Positions 1 through 11,199 are shown, numbered from the stretch's first letter. The stretch is 64,000 nt of DNA from Flavobacteriales bacterium (GCA_018401695.1 JAGYKD010000001.1:1116016-1180015), one strand, 5' to 3'. Notes: generated from the letters alone by a model not told the origin. A program made the numbers and translations.

Positions 1-354
1 GGCCGCCGCCGAAAACTCCTCCTTAAAGGCATCAAAGCTTCCCCAAGTCTTTTTAATGGCATCGCCAACTTCGCCAACCGGCTCACCGCCTCCCTTGGGA
101 CTCATTACATTCCAAAATAAATGGTGATTCCAATAACCTCCTGCATTATTACGCAAGCCGGCAGGGTGCTTGGAAACCTGCGCCAAAATGTCTTCAATAC
201 CGGCAGAAACCAAAGCGGTGCCCTCTATGGCAGCATTCAAATTGTTGGTATATCCCGCATGGTGCTTGTCGTGGTGAATTTCCATGGTACGCGCATCCAT
301 GTGCGGTTCCAAGGCGTCAAAAGCATAAGGTAAAGGGGCTAGTTCAAAGGCCAT
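1..354 (-). CDS. Fe/Mn superoxide dismutase, 3'-truncated at the window edge (N-terminal 118 aa present)
   Basis: Reverse-strand translation from ATG at 354 gives MAFELAPLPYAFDALEPHMDARTMEIHHDKHHAGYTNNLN..., the canonical SOD N-terminal signature. Not in the ORF track because it runs off the window. Confidence 0.8.
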   Translation of the reverse strand, partial: MAFELAPLPYAFDALEPHMDARTMEIHHDKHHAGYTNNLNAAIEGTALVSAGIEDILAQVSKHPAGLRNNAGGYWNHHLFWNVMSPKGGGEPVGEVGDAIKKTWGSFDAFKEEFSAAA

Positions 355-915
355 ATCTCTATTGTTTTAATGTAATTATGCAACCTCTGTTTACACAAAG
401 GGTTCTCTTACAAAGGTAATGATTCTGTTAAGCTATACCTTTTTGAGGGTTTTAATAAGGGTTAATTTGGAGGCCAAACGGGCTCTCGGCTATACTCCCC
501 AACAGAAGGGAGTGCTGTTACGGGCTTAGACGGGGCTTGCTGCGCTCCGCCGCGCCTAAGCTCCTTACAGCAAACCCCCTCCTGTTGCGGGGTGCCGCCT
601 CCATCCCTGGCCCTTACCTCAGTGTACTTTTCAGATTCTTTCAGGCCATAGATTAGGACCAGATTAGCTCTATAGAGCAGTTTGTAAAATCCTCCGAAAC
701 CATTTATGGGTATTTATATGCAAAGGCATCCAAAAACAAAAAAGCCCCTTGGTATGGCTTGTATTTGTTCTTTTTTATCCAAATGGCCAAGGCTGGTCAC
801 ATGCAGGCATTCAACTATAATAGTTTACAATCGATCAATAAAAATGCATCCGCTTGTTTGTTGCGCAACCCCAAAATTCTGGAGACCTTTTCGCTTTGGG
901 CCGGCTCCCTTTAAT

Positions 916-2757
916 TTATTCCACGGTAACCGATTTGGCTAAGTTTCTTGGTTGGTCTACGTTGCAACCTCTCAATACGGCAATGTGATAGCTCAATAAT
1001 TGCAAAGGAATAACCGAAATCAAGGGCGAAATGGGATCCGGAGTTTCCGGTATCTCAATAATGTGGTCAGAAATGGCCGCTACTTCTACGTCTCCCTCTG
1101 TTACTATCGAAATGATTTTACCCCCACGGGCCTTTACTTCTTGCACATTCGATACAATCTTTTCGTAAGAATCGCCCTTGGTGGCAATCACTACCACCGG
1201 CATTTCTTCGTCAATTAATGCAATAGGGCCGTGTTTCATTTCCGCCGCAGGATAGCCTTCCGCATGAATGTAACTGATTTCTTTAAGCTTTAGCGCTCCT
1301 TCCAGGGCTACGGGAAAATTATATCCTCTGCCCAAATACAAAAAGTTGCGGGCGTTTTGATAAATATGGCTGATTACCTGCACATTACTATCCTGCTTCA
1401 ATACCTGCGCAATCAATTCCGGAATGTTCTCCAGTTCGTTTAGTAAAGCCCGGTACTTGCTTTCCTGAATAGCCCCTTTTTTGCGACCTACCATTAAAGC
1501 CATAAGGGTCAAAACCGTTACTTGTGCTGTAAATGCTTTGGTTGATGCCACTCCGATTTCCGGCCCTGCGTGCGTATACGAACCTGCATGGGTAGCACGG
1601 GCAATGGAAGAGCCTACTACATTACAAATACCAATAATGGTGGCACCCTTTTGCCGAGCCAGCTGTATTGCTGCAAGCGTATCCGCCGTTTCTCCCGACT
1701 GCGAAATTGCGATTACAATATCGCCTTCCTGAATAATAGGATTTCGGTACCTAAATTCGGAGGCATACTCCACCTCTACCGGAATTCGCGCCAAGTCCTC
1801 GAAAAGGTACTCGCCAACCAAACCGGCATGCCAACTGGTGCCGCAAGCCACAATGATTACCCGCTTGGCCTGGGCAAAACGTGTCTCATAATCCAAAATG
1901 CCTCCAAGAGAAACACGACCGGTGTGCACGTCCAATCGACCTCTCATGCTGTCGCGCACCGAACGGGGCTGCTCGTAAATCTCTTTGAGCATAAAGTGAT
2001 CAAAACCGCCTTTTTCCAATTGCTCCAACTCAATTTGAAGTTCTTGGATATAGGGCTGAATCTCTTTGTCCGCTATGGTTCGCATACGCAAATCTTTGCC
2101 TAGCTCTACCACCGCAATTTCTTCATCCTCAAGATACACTACTTCCCTCGTGTATTCCACAATGGGAGTGGCATCAGAGGCTAAAAAGTATTCATCTTCT
2201 CCCAATCCTATAACTAAGGGGCTGCCTTTTTTGGCCGCAATAAGTTTTCCAGGCTCATGCTTGGACATGAGCACAATCGCATAGGCTCCCACAATTTCAT
2301 TCAATGCCAAACGAACCGACTCCTCCAAGCTGGTTTTTAATTGCTTTTGGATGTCTTCGATAAGGAAAATCAGAACTTCGGTGTCGGTATCCGAACGAAA
2401 AGCATAGCCCCGCTTTTCTAAGCCTTTTTTTAAGACATTGTAGTTCTCTATAATGCCATTATGAATGAGCACCAACTCTTCTGAGGCACTATAATGCGGG
2501 TGGGCGTTGGTATCGTTGGGAACCCCATGGGTCGCCCAACGCGTGTGTCCAATACCTTGACTTCCCTTTGTAGGCTTCCCTTTTGTAAAAGATTCTAAAT
2601 CAGCAACCTTTCCCTTGCACTTGTACAAATTGATGGTTTGCTCTTGGAGTAGGGCAATACCCGCACTATCATACCCTCGATACTCTAAGCGTTGAAGCCC
2701 TTTAATTAAAATGGGAAATGCTTCGCGCTTTCCTACATATCCAACAATACCACACAT
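916..2757 (-). CDS. glmS: glutamine--fructose-6-phosphate aminotransferase (isomerising)
   Basis: 613 aa with MCGIVGY N-terminus (Ntn Cys), a glutaminase domain and two SIS domains. Confidence 0.95.
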   Translation of the reverse strand: MCGIVGYVGKREAFPILIKGLQRLEYRGYDSAGIALLQEQTINLYKCKGKVADLESFTKGKPTKGSQGIGHTRWATHGVPNDTNAHPHYSASEELVLIHNGIIENYNVLKKGLEKRGYAFRSDTDTEVLIFLIEDIQKQLKTSLEESVRLALNEIVGAYAIVLMSKHEPGKLIAAKKGSPLVIGLGEDEYFLASDATPIVEYTREVVYLEDEEIAVVELGKDLRMRTIADKEIQPYIQELQIELEQLEKGGFDHFMLKEIYEQPRSVRDSMRGRLDVHTGRVSLGGILDYETRFAQAKRVIIVACGTSWHAGLVGEYLFEDLARIPVEVEYASEFRYRNPIIQEGDIVIAISQSGETADTLAAIQLARQKGATIIGICNVVGSSIARATHAGSYTHAGPEIGVASTKAFTAQVTVLTLMALMVGRKKGAIQESKYRALLNELENIPELIAQVLKQDSNVQVISHIYQNARNFLYLGRGYNFPVALEGALKLKEISYIHAEGYPAAEMKHGPIALIDEEMPVVVIATKGDSYEKIVSNVQEVKARGGKIISIVTEGDVEVAAISDHIIEIPETPDPISPLISVIPLQLLSYHIAVLRGCNVDQPRNLAKSVTVE

Positions 2758-2761
2758 AAGT

Positions 2762-4114
2762 TCAGTCTACTAGGGTGTAAATAATGGAAAGTTTCATGGG
2801 TGTTTCAGGGTCGTATGGCCCTCGAACCACCAACCGGCTAAAGCTTTCGTCTTTTCCGGTTATGGAGTGATCAATATAGAAACCGGGGTCCGGGCTAATA
2901 TCGCCCCCCAATAAGTCTTGAACATGTTGGGTAATCCTAAACCGATACCCACCTAAAGAAGACCGATATATTCCGTCGTAGAATAAATCCACTCCTGTAT
3001 TGCCAAGTGCGTTAATGTCCGAAAACAAGCCGTAATCTCCGTTGGATTTTGGGTAGTAGGTAATTAATGTAGCAGGTAGTGGATAGTCTTCCGCGGCATC
3101 CAACTGTATGGGTGCCATTAGCTCAGCCCGATTCACCACAATATTCCCCAATTTTTGCAGCTCCAACAAGTGAGGAATTTCTATAAAAATTCTCAAGCCT
3201 TGTAAAGGCTGAATGTACAAATCCGGTTGGTTTTGATAATTAAAATCTGGCTGATTCAATTTATTTTGAAGATCTGCTCTTGCAGTACTTCTATCGTATT
3301 GCGATTGGTTAATCGTCACGTTTCCATTGCCTGAGCTGGTCGTGCGCACGAGTTGGTTGGCTTGGTTGTCTGTACTATAGTATACGTAAACACCCGAAAC
3401 CGCAGCCTTGGTATTGAATTTAATGAGCGCACCCTCTCCCGGTTGTTGACCCGGGGCCTCGCATGTCAGGTAAAGACCCTTAAGAACTTCCTCTACATTG
3501 CTATTGTTCAGACTGTCTGCGTCTAAAAAGCGCTGGCCAAGAGCATTGTCTAGCCGAATACGGAAAAGGCGGCCATCTGTTCCCTGCAAAGGGAAAATGG
3601 GGGCAAATCCCCGTTCTCCTACAGGAAGGTTGCTTAGTGCAAAATTGGTATTAAAATTGGTAAAGCCTTCAGCCGGAGGGTCGGGAATAGGATCCAAAAG
3701 CTCATATACTTTTACGGTTTGGTAGCCAAATAACTTGGTGCGGTTGCCATACAAGTCTTCGTATTGCAGAACCAAAACCACCGAATCAATTTGCGGGTTG
3801 GGTCCATAGCTGAGGACAGGAGACGCAACCGAAAAGTTGGTGTAAAAGCCGGCATTACATATCCCAAAAACGGGGTCGTAGGACTGTCCTAAGATGCCAA
3901 CACTTGCTTCATCCATACGAATGGTATCGTCCGATACTACGCGTGCTTTTATCGTAAAGGTGTCCACCAAGGTCCCATGTAAAAACTGGTCTTCCGGCAC
4001 TAGGCCGGTGCCGTAATCCTGATCGGCACTGCATGAAATCAATGCCATTACAGACAGGCAAACGATGGCATTTACAGAAAAAAGGCATTGCCGCATGGAC
4101 ACAAAAATAATCAT
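2762..4114 (-). CDS. DUF4270-like lipoprotein of unknown function
   Basis: 450 aa with a lipoprotein-type signal (…ALISCSADQ). An alternative start at 4096 (MRQCLF…) is possible. The family commonly neighbours glycogen-synthase genes in Bacteroidota. Confidence 0.5.
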   Translation of the reverse strand: MIIFVSMRQCLFSVNAIVCLSVMALISCSADQDYGTGLVPEDQFLHGTLVDTFTIKARVVSDDTIRMDEASVGILGQSYDPVFGICNAGFYTNFSVASPVLSYGPNPQIDSVVLVLQYEDLYGNRTKLFGYQTVKVYELLDPIPDPPAEGFTNFNTNFALSNLPVGERGFAPIFPLQGTDGRLFRIRLDNALGQRFLDADSLNNSNVEEVLKGLYLTCEAPGQQPGEGALIKFNTKAAVSGVYVYYSTDNQANQLVRTTSSGNGNVTINQSQYDRSTARADLQNKLNQPDFNYQNQPDLYIQPLQGLRIFIEIPHLLELQKLGNIVVNRAELMAPIQLDAAEDYPLPATLITYYPKSNGDYGLFSDINALGNTGVDLFYDGIYRSSLGGYRFRITQHVQDLLGGDISPDPGFYIDHSITGKDESFSRLVVRGPYDPETPMKLSIIYTLVD

Positions 4115-4254
4115 CTGTTATACAAGAGGGTAATTCTTTTGCTCGGGTTGCCTCTTTTGCACAAATCAACGCAAAATTTGGCTAGCCTCCGCTACCAAAC
4201 GAAACATCCCCGGACTTCTTGCCCAGGGATGCTTAAAAAAATAAAAAAATGGGC

Positions 4255-5082
4255 TTAATCGGCAAGAACAGAGTCTTCAATCAGCTGCTCGTAAAGATCC
4301 AGCACAGGACCAACAATATCTTCCTCGGGATTAATAACAGCCGTAGGAATACTCATTTGGTCAATATGTTTTTGTATTTCCGTGTCCAATGGTTCCGCTC
4401 CAATGACTATAGCGTCTGCATATTTGAGGGACTCTTTTAGTACCGATACATAGCTGGTATCCTTGGGCTTAAATGTCTCTTCGGTCATATCTTCCATACG
4501 TACCTTTTCCGGAAAACTTTCCCTGAGAGGCTCGCTAAACGCATCGGATGCATATAGGCTCTGCACCACTTTGGTATTTTGGAATACAGGCTCGTTTTGG
4601 TATAGGTTTTTAAGATACACCCCAACCAAGGAGGTCATCCAGCCATGGCAATGTATTAGGTCAGGAGCCCATCCTAGTTTTTTTACGGTTTCAAATACTC
4701 CACGGGCAAAAAAAACAGCTCGTTCGTCGTTGTCTTCAAAGCAACTCCCCTCCTTGTCTTCGAGGGTATACTTTCGTTTAAAATATTCTTCGTTGTCAAT
4801 GAAATACACTTGGGTTCTGGCCGAAGGTATGGAAGCAACCTTTATGATAAGAGGTTGGTCCATATCATTAATTACCAAGTTCATGCCCGACAAACGAATA
4901 ACCTCATGCAATTGGTGCCGCCGCTCATTGATGCAGCCAAACCGAGGCATGAAGTTCCGTATCTCGTAACCTTGCTCCATCACTTGTTGGGGAAGGCTCC
5001 TAGAAATGTTTGCAATAGGGTTATCCGTAGGAAGGTAAGGGTGCATCTCCTGCGAAATGAAAAGCACTTTGCGTTTCTCCAT
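4255..5082 (-). CDS. short glycogen/starch synthase-like glycosyltransferase (GT5 N-domain type)
   Basis: 275 aa, MEKRKVLFISQEMHPY…; typical short Bacteroidota glycogen-synthase homolog. Confidence 0.6.
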   Translation of the reverse strand: MEKRKVLFISQEMHPYLPTDNPIANISRSLPQQVMEQGYEIRNFMPRFGCINERRHQLHEVIRLSGMNLVINDMDQPLIIKVASIPSARTQVYFIDNEEYFKRKYTLEDKEGSCFEDNDERAVFFARGVFETVKKLGWAPDLIHCHGWMTSLVGVYLKNLYQNEPVFQNTKVVQSLYASDAFSEPLRESFPEKVRMEDMTEETFKPKDTSYVSVLKESLKYADAIVIGAEPLDTEIQKHIDQMSIPTAVINPEEDIVGPVLDLYEQLIEDSVLAD

Positions 5083-5212
5083 GGGTGTGGATGAAATTTT
5101 AATAAAAACCGAGTAAATTGAGCCGCATTGCCCAAATGTTCTACAAAATTAACGATTTTTTCCTTGCATTTCAAAACATTCCTTTACTTTGGCCCTATTA
5201 TAGCAGAACTAT

Positions 5213-6115
5213 GTGTCGTTATTTCTGCCGCAATTACCCCCAATCTCTTTGAAAGAAGCACACACCCTCAACGACTTGAAGGCGCTCCTGCATCATGAAA
5301 ACACCTCAGGAAAGCCCATAGGTTTTGTACCTACTATGGGAGCCCTTCATCAAGGGCACCTGGCTTTGGTGCACCAAGCCCTCAACGATGAGGTCTTTGT
5401 AGTGGTCTCTATTTTTGTAAATCCCTTACAGTTCAACAACCCCAACGACCTTCGCCATTACCCAACTTCGCCCCAACAAGACAGAGCATTGCTAAAGGAG
5501 GCCGGAGCTCACTTGCTCTATGCCCCAAATTTTTCGGCGGTTTTTGGCCAGGAGCGGCCCGTCGATTTCGACTTGGACGGCTTAGACACCTATTTGGAAG
5601 GAGCCAGCAGACCCAATCATTTTCAGGGAGTAGCCAATGTGTTGTATCGGTTCTTTGACCAAGTTAATCCGCAGGTAGCCTACTTTGGACTTAAAGACTA
5701 TCAGCAGGTTATGGTGGTAAAACAATTGGTTAAACGGCACTTTCCCAAACTGACCATTAAAGCCATTCCAACCCTTAGGGACTCCCAGGGGCTTGCACTA
5801 AGCAGCAGGAATACACGCCTTTCTCCCCAAGCTTACCAACGCACCCTTTTTGTGCCTAGGTTCCTAAAAGAATTAACCCGCCAATGGAGCGATTGGAATT
5901 GGCAGGAAGCTAAAAAAGAACTTGTACAAGGTATGGCAGCCAACCACCTGAATATGGAATATGTGGCTTTGCTAGACGCGGAAAGCCTCGGAATCCTGCA
6001 TGAATTCGACCCGAACCGCCCCATGGTTCTTAGTATCGCATGGTTTGCCGACGAAGTGCGCTTAATTGATAATGTTCCCATAAACCAGCCATTCACTACC
6101 TTTGAAGCATGCTGA
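5213..6115 (+). CDS. panC: pantoate--beta-alanine ligase
   Basis: [17 protein letters not shown] motif. The track start at 5213 is GTG; the true start may be slightly downstream (e.g. TTG at about 5249). Confidence 0.9.
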   Translation: MSLFLPQLPPISLKEAHTLNDLKALLHHENTSGKPIGFVPTMGALHQGHLALVHQALNDEVFVVVSIFVNPLQFNNPNDLRHYPTSPQQDRALLKEAGAHLLYAPNFSAVFGQERPVDFDLDGLDTYLEGASRPNHFQGVANVLYRFFDQVNPQVAYFGLKDYQQVMVVKQLVKRHFPKLTIKAIPTLRDSQGLALSSRNTRLSPQAYQRTLFVPRFLKELTRQWSDWNWQEAKKELVQGMAANHLNMEYVALLDAESLGILHEFDPNRPMVLSIAWFADEVRLIDNVPINQPFTTFEAC

Positions 6116-6471
6116 TACATGTGGTTAAGTCTAAAATCCACCGGGTAAAAGTAACCGAAGCCAACCTACATTATATAGGAAGCCTTACCGTAGACCAAGA
6201 CCTGTTGGATGCCGCCGGAATGATCGAGAATGAAAAGGTGCAGGTAGTAAATATCAACAACGGTAGTCGCCTCGAAACTTACCTTATTCCCGGGGAACGA
6301 AAAAGCGGGGTAGTTTGCCTCAACGGCGCCGCGGCACGTTGGGTGCAACCCGGCGATTTGGTCCTCATTATTTCTTATGCCATGCTTCCTTTAGAACAAG
6401 CAAAATCGTTCAGACCAACCGTGGTTTTTCCCGATTCCGAAACCAATGCATTAATTACCAACAATGAATAA
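6109..6471 (+). CDS. panD: aspartate 1-decarboxylase
   Basis: [33 protein letters not shown]…; overlaps the panC stop, consistent with an operon. Confidence 0.92.
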   Translation: MLIHVVKSKIHRVKVTEANLHYIGSLTVDQDLLDAAGMIENEKVQVVNINNGSRLETYLIPGERKSGVVCLNGAAARWVQPGDLVLIISYAMLPLEQAKSFRPTVVFPDSETNALITNNE

Positions 6472-7495
6472 AAAGGTAAAATCTACCCTTAAGTTGTTGT
6501 TGTTTCTCTCTATCGGGGTCGCTATGGTGTTCTTGTTTTATTTCAGAATGGCTCCTAACGATAGAGATGCCTTTTGGGAAGCTATCAAAAAAGCCAATTA
6601 CGGGTGGCTTTTGGCCTCCGTTGGGCTTGGACTGTTAAGCCATTTTATTCGTGCGGCGCGCTGGGGTGACCTTTTGCAAGGAATCGGCTATAAAACCAGA
6701 TTCCCAAACCTATTCTTTGCTGTAATGAATATGTACTTTTTCAATTTAGCTGTCCCTCGTTTGGGAGAGTTTACTCGATGTACCTTATTGTACAAATACG
6801 AGAAAGTGCCCTTTGAAAAAGCATTCGGAACCGTTTTAGCCGAAAGAGCAGTAGATATGATTTGCCTGCTCCTTGTCATGGGAGGAGCCATTCTTTGGAT
6901 GCTGCCCGAATTCAAGGAATTGATGATCTTGCTGGGAAAAGAAGATTCCCAATCTTCCTCCTCCGGAGTTCCTTGGGCGGTATGGGCAACAACGATTGGC
7001 CTGGCACTTGGGCTTCTTTTGTGGGTTTTCCGAAAACGTGTTGCCCCTATTGCAGCACTCTGGCTCAAATTGCGTGGCCTGCTGTCGGGCATTCTTGTAG
7101 GGCTAAGGTCCGTTCTGAAACTCCCCCGCCCCTGGCGCTTTTTATTCCAAACCTTGCTTATCTGGCTATGCTATTTTTTTATGACCCAAGTGTGCTTTTT
7201 TGCTCTGCCCGAAACGGCCGCACTGGGAGTGAAAGCCCCCTTAGCGGTGGTAGCATTTGCCAGCTTGGCCATCCTTTTTATTCCAGGAGGAGTTGGGGCG
7301 TTTCCGCTTATGGTAAGTGGTATGTTGGTAGTACCGGGGCTTGGCGGCTTAGAACCCTCCTTGGGATGGGCGCTAGGTTGGATTATTTGGAGTGCACAAA
7401 CGCTTATGATTCTAAGCATTGGCCTTTTGGCTCTTTTGTTTACTCCACTCTACAATCAAAAATTCCCCATTACCCATGACTCTGCCAATGCCTGA
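6464..7495 (+). CDS. flippase-like (lysyl-phosphatidylglycerol-synthase TM-region type) integral membrane protein
   Basis: 343 aa with about 8 predicted TM segments, resembling the UPF0104/TIGR00374 family. Confidence 0.5.
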   Translation: MNKKVKSTLKLLLFLSIGVAMVFLFYFRMAPNDRDAFWEAIKKANYGWLLASVGLGLLSHFIRAARWGDLLQGIGYKTRFPNLFFAVMNMYFFNLAVPRLGEFTRCTLLYKYEKVPFEKAFGTVLAERAVDMICLLLVMGGAILWMLPEFKELMILLGKEDSQSSSSGVPWAVWATTIGLALGLLLWVFRKRVAPIAALWLKLRGLLSGILVGLRSVLKLPRPWRFLFQTLLIWLCYFFMTQVCFFALPETAALGVKAPLAVVAFASLAILFIPGGVGAFPLMVSGMLVVPGLGGLEPSLGWALGWIIWSAQTLMILSIGLLALLFTPLYNQKFPITHDSANA

Positions 7496-7970
7496 ATCAT
7501 GGGAGCAATTGCTGCGGCAAATCCAAGTCTGGAAAATGGCTTCGGATACCATCGTTTTTACCAACGGCTGTTTCGATGTACTACATCCGGGACATTTGCA
7601 CAGTTTGGCACAAGCCAAAGCTCAAGGAGACCGCCTTGTAGTTGGAATAAACAGCGATGCTTCGGTGGCCCGTGCCAAAGGACCTCAAAGGCCTCTTTGC
7701 AACCAAGAGTGGCGATTGCAAGTGGTGCAAGCACTCCACCTGGTAGATGCCGCCGTTTTGTTTAACCAAGATACCCCCGAAACCCTCATCCGTTTGGTTC
7801 GCCCGGACGTGTTGGTAAAAGGCATGGATTATGTCCCAGACCAAGTGGTGGGAGCTCCCTTTATTCAACAATATGGCGGCCGACTGCATCTGGTGCCTCT
7901 TAAAAAAGGCTACTCTACCTCCTCTTGGCTCAATAACTTACTCAAAAACCTTGCCCAAAAACAGCACTAA
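7476..7970 (+). CDS. cytidylyl/adenylyltransferase, RfaE domain II-like (D-glycero-beta-D-manno-heptose-1-phosphate adenylyltransferase family)
   Basis: VFTNGCFDVLHPGHLHSLAQAKAQGDRLVVGINSDASV…LVKGMDY. The start was re-set to the ATG at 7476; the track ORF begins upstream at 7419, inside the preceding gene. Confidence 0.8.
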   Translation: MTLPMPESWEQLLRQIQVWKMASDTIVFTNGCFDVLHPGHLHSLAQAKAQGDRLVVGINSDASVARAKGPQRPLCNQEWRLQVVQALHLVDAAVLFNQDTPETLIRLVRPDVLVKGMDYVPDQVVGAPFIQQYGGRLHLVPLKKGYSTSSWLNNLLKNLAQKQH

Positions 7971-8033
7971 AAAGAACTTGGATTTTTGTATTTGAATTTC
8001 CTATCTTTGTGCACTACCCAAAAAGGACATTTT

Positions 8034-8438
8034 ATGTTGCGTCGTTTTTCTATTCTTTCTTTAGTAGTTGCCTCTTTGGTGCTTACCAGCTGTCTTGGCT
8101 CCGATGAAGACGATATTCTTGGAACCTGGCGTAGGGTAGAAGTAAACCCAGATTACCCATCTGTAGAGTTAACTTTCTTTCCTGATGGAGCGGTTATGTA
8201 TTACGAGCCTTATACCAATACCACCGATAGCGGCCGCTACGAAATGTCTGCTTCCATCGATCACCGCTTTCTGGAACTGTTCTATTTAGATAAAACCCCT
8301 TCTGCCGTATATCCAATGACTGCGAATTATGTAATTCATCGTTTGGATGAGGAGGTCTTGACTATTTCTACCAACCGTTTTGCAGGTGGAGGTAGCGACA
8401 GAGCCAATATTCAATACGAATTTCTTAGGGTCAATTAA
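8034..8438 (+). CDS. small lipoprotein, hypothetical
   Basis: MLRRFSILSLVVASLVLTSCLGSDEDD… lipobox; start re-set to the internal ATG. Confidence 0.5.
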   Translation: MLRRFSILSLVVASLVLTSCLGSDEDDILGTWRRVEVNPDYPSVELTFFPDGAVMYYEPYTNTTDSGRYEMSASIDHRFLELFYLDKTPSAVYPMTANYVIHRLDEEVLTISTNRFAGGGSDRANIQYEFLRVN

Positions 8439-8453
8439 GCCGAAAACTCGGCT

Positions 8454-9812
8454 GTGGCCAAGTCTAAAACCATATTTGTTTGCCAATCCTGTGGGGCGCA
8501 GAGCCCTAAATGGGTTGGCAAATGTGCTTCTTGTGGCACCTGGAACACCTATGCAGAAGAATTGCAGCAACCTAAAGTTCGAGGGGGAAGCCTCGCCCCT
8601 TCTGCTGCGCATTTGCCCAAACCTATACACGAATGGCAAGCTACCCCGGAGTCTCGTATATCCTCAGGATTGCAAGAGTTTGACCGAGTGCTTGGCGGGG
8701 GATTTTTGGCAGGATCTCTCGTGCTCTTGGGGGGAGAACCAGGCATAGGAAAGTCTACCTTGTCCCTCCAAGCCGCCTTGTCCATGGCCGGCCGGAAGGT
8801 TTTGTATGTGAGTGGGGAAGAAAGCGGCCCTCAAATAAGCAGCAGAGCCAACCGCTTAAGTCACCGAAACCCGGATTGTCAGCTGCTTACCGAAACTCAA
8901 GTGGAGTCTATCCTAAGGCATACCGATGCGCTTCGACCCGACTTGCTTATTGTAGACTCCGTTCAAACCCTCCACACCGAACTACTGGATGCTGCCCCCG
9001 GCTCCGTTTCTCAAATAAGGGAAACCACCGCTCAAATTATGCGGTTTGCCAAGCGCAGTGGAGTGCCCGTTTTGCTCATCGGGCACATCACAAAAGATGG
9101 AACCATAGCAGGCCCAAAAGTTTTGGAGCATATGGTAGATGTTGTTCTTCAATTTGAAGGCGACCGACACCATGTGTTTCGTATTGTTCGTGCCCAAAAA
9201 AATCGCTTTGGTTCTACCAGCGAAATGGGCATTTTTGAAATGCAAGGACAAGGATTGAAAGAAGTGAGCAACCCTTCGGCCTTGCTTCTGGGCAATCGAG
9301 ATCAACGCTTGTCCGGAACCGTAACAGCCATTACCTTAGATGGGGCAAGGCCCCTATTGCTCGAAACCCAAGCTTTGGTTAGCTCGGCAGTGTATGGCAC
9401 TCCCCAACGCTCTGCCACAGGCTTTGACTTGCGCCGTTTGCATATGCTTTTGGCAGTGCTCGAAAAACGCTGTGGTTTCCCGCTGGCAAGCAAAGATGTT
9501 TTTCTAAATTTAACCGGAGGAATACGCATCGATGACCCTGCCATGGATTTGGCCGTTGTGGCGGCCATTATGAGTTCAGGAGCCGATGTTCCGGTGTCTT
9601 CCAGGGTGGCTTTTGCCGCAGAAGTAGGGCTCACCGGCGAAATTCGTTCGGTTAGCCGAATAGAACCCCGCTTGAGAGAGGCCGAGAAGCTTGGTTTTGA
9701 GCAAGTGTTTGTAGCCCATGACCAGCTCCAAGGCTTGGATTTAAAAGGGTTTAAAATTCAAATCTCCGGTTTGAAGCGCATTGGCCACTTGGAACAAGCT
9801 TTAATAAAATGA
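8454..9812 (+). CDS. radA: DNA repair protein RadA/Sms
   Basis: C4 zinc finger (CQSCGAQSPKWVGKCASCGTWN), RecA-like Walker A (GGEPGIGKST) and a Lon-like C-domain. Apparent GTG start. Confidence 0.95.
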   Translation: MAKSKTIFVCQSCGAQSPKWVGKCASCGTWNTYAEELQQPKVRGGSLAPSAAHLPKPIHEWQATPESRISSGLQEFDRVLGGGFLAGSLVLLGGEPGIGKSTLSLQAALSMAGRKVLYVSGEESGPQISSRANRLSHRNPDCQLLTETQVESILRHTDALRPDLLIVDSVQTLHTELLDAAPGSVSQIRETTAQIMRFAKRSGVPVLLIGHITKDGTIAGPKVLEHMVDVVLQFEGDRHHVFRIVRAQKNRFGSTSEMGIFEMQGQGLKEVSNPSALLLGNRDQRLSGTVTAITLDGARPLLLETQALVSSAVYGTPQRSATGFDLRRLHMLLAVLEKRCGFPLASKDVFLNLTGGIRIDDPAMDLAVVAAIMSSGADVPVSSRVAFAAEVGLTGEIRSVSRIEPRLREAEKLGFEQVFVAHDQLQGLDLKGFKIQISGLKRIGHLEQALIK

Positions 9813-10987
9813 GTATGGAATTTTCCGGAACCTTGCGTACTAAGTTGCCCCGCGTAAAAACTACTATTTTTACCCGCATGACCCAAATGGCACAGGCCAA
9901 CGGGGCCCTCAATTTGGCCCAAGGGTTCCCCGGCTTTCATCCCCACCCAGACCTAGCCAAATTTATGGTAGAAGCGCTGGAAAAAGGCAAATACCAATAC
10001 GCTCCAATGACCGGACTACCGGAGTTGCGCCATGCGGTGGCTAAGGTGGTGGAATCGTTGTACTCTGCAAAGTATGATTCCGAAACCGAAATCACCATTA
10101 CCGCAGGAGCCACTCAGGGACTTTTTTCTGCCATTTGCTCTTTGGTGCGTGAAGGCGACGAGGTTATTGTGTTTGAACCGGCCTACGATTCTTATGTTCC
10201 CGCCATTGAGGCTTGCGGAGGAAAAGCTAGGCTGGTGTCTTTAGAAGGACCTGATTATAGCGTTCCTTGGGACCAGGTAAAAAAGCTCATGCGGCCGGAA
10301 ACCCGCGCTATTCTAATTAACTCTCCGCACAATCCCACCGGTACTTTATTGGGGCACCAAGATTTGCTCCAACTGGAAAAGATGCTGACTTCCACCGATG
10401 TGCTGCTCATAAGCGACGAGGTTTACGAACACATGACCTTTGATGGATACGAGCACCAGAGTGTGGCAAGATACCCGAATCTGGCTTCGCGCGCTTTTGT
10501 AGTTGGCTCTTTTGGCAAAACATACCATGCCACCGGTTGGAAAACCGGTTTTGTTTTGGCGCCCGCACCGCTCATGGCAGAATTTAGAAAAATGCACCAA
10601 TATCAGGTGTTTGCTGTTCATTCCGCCAGCCAGTATGCTTTTGCTCGCATGCTTGAAGAACCTAAACACTACAGCGAACTTTCTGCATTCTATCAGCAAT
10701 TGCGCGATATCTTTTTGGACGAATTAAAGGGAAGTGCCTGGAAATTTAGTCCTAGCCAAGGCACCTATTTTCAGGTATTGCATTATGAAGCCGACCCCTC
10801 TTTGACCGATGAGGAAATGGCAAAACAGCTGTCTTCTAAATTTAAAGTAACGCCGGTTCCTATGAGCGGGTTTTATCAATATCCTGGGCCTTGCCAGTCG
10901 CTGCGCTTTTGTTTTGCCAAAACCCCGGAGGAGTTGCGCGAAGCGGCCAGGCGCTTGGTTATGGCCGGGGAGGCATTGCTTAAGTAG
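9809..10987 (+). CDS. PLP-dependent aminotransferase class I/II (methionine-aminotransferase/YbdL-like)
   Basis: 392 aa, NLAQGFPGF…, SFGKTYHATGWKTGF (PLP lysine region). Overlaps the radA stop. Confidence 0.85.
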   Translation: MSMEFSGTLRTKLPRVKTTIFTRMTQMAQANGALNLAQGFPGFHPHPDLAKFMVEALEKGKYQYAPMTGLPELRHAVAKVVESLYSAKYDSETEITITAGATQGLFSAICSLVREGDEVIVFEPAYDSYVPAIEACGGKARLVSLEGPDYSVPWDQVKKLMRPETRAILINSPHNPTGTLLGHQDLLQLEKMLTSTDVLLISDEVYEHMTFDGYEHQSVARYPNLASRAFVVGSFGKTYHATGWKTGFVLAPAPLMAEFRKMHQYQVFAVHSASQYAFARMLEEPKHYSELSAFYQQLRDIFLDELKGSAWKFSPSQGTYFQVLHYEADPSLTDEEMAKQLSSKFKVTPVPMSGFYQYPGPCQSLRFCFAKTPEELREAARRLVMAGEALLK

Positions 10988-11116
10988 GCTTTGCCACAGT
11001 TCCTGCGCATTGTCTGTTTGGTGCAGGCGCTCGGGTTTGTACGAAAATGCTTCTAAATTGTTGTAGAACTCCGGTTCGGAGCGGAATCTGCGCCCCGGCG
11101 CAGGCGGAAACCCCGC

Positions 11117-11199
11117 AGCAGGGATGGCCTGTGCCCCTTGGCCGGCGGAGGCGGAGCGCAGCAAGCCCACGTACGGCTTAGGGGCACAAGCCATCCCTG
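11117..11199. terminator. long near-perfect inverted repeat (about 20-bp arms, one mismatch) between convergent genes
   Basis: CAGGGATGGCCTGTGCCCCT …about 40 nt… AGGGGCACAAGCCATCCCTG inside a GC-rich intergenic block; possible bidirectional terminator or structured element. Confidence 0.35.

Noticed and set aside
121-333. 70-aa plus-strand ORF at the window start
   Set aside because: It is antisense to the clearly identifiable superoxide dismutase coding sequence on the minus strand.
1000-2284. Multiple 70-180-aa ORFs inside glmS, plus similar nested or antisense ORFs inside fabF, sdhA, aspS, the ABC-F gene and others
   Set aside because: They lie wholly within, and mostly antisense to, long conserved genes. 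Their composition is typical of spurious antisense ORFs.
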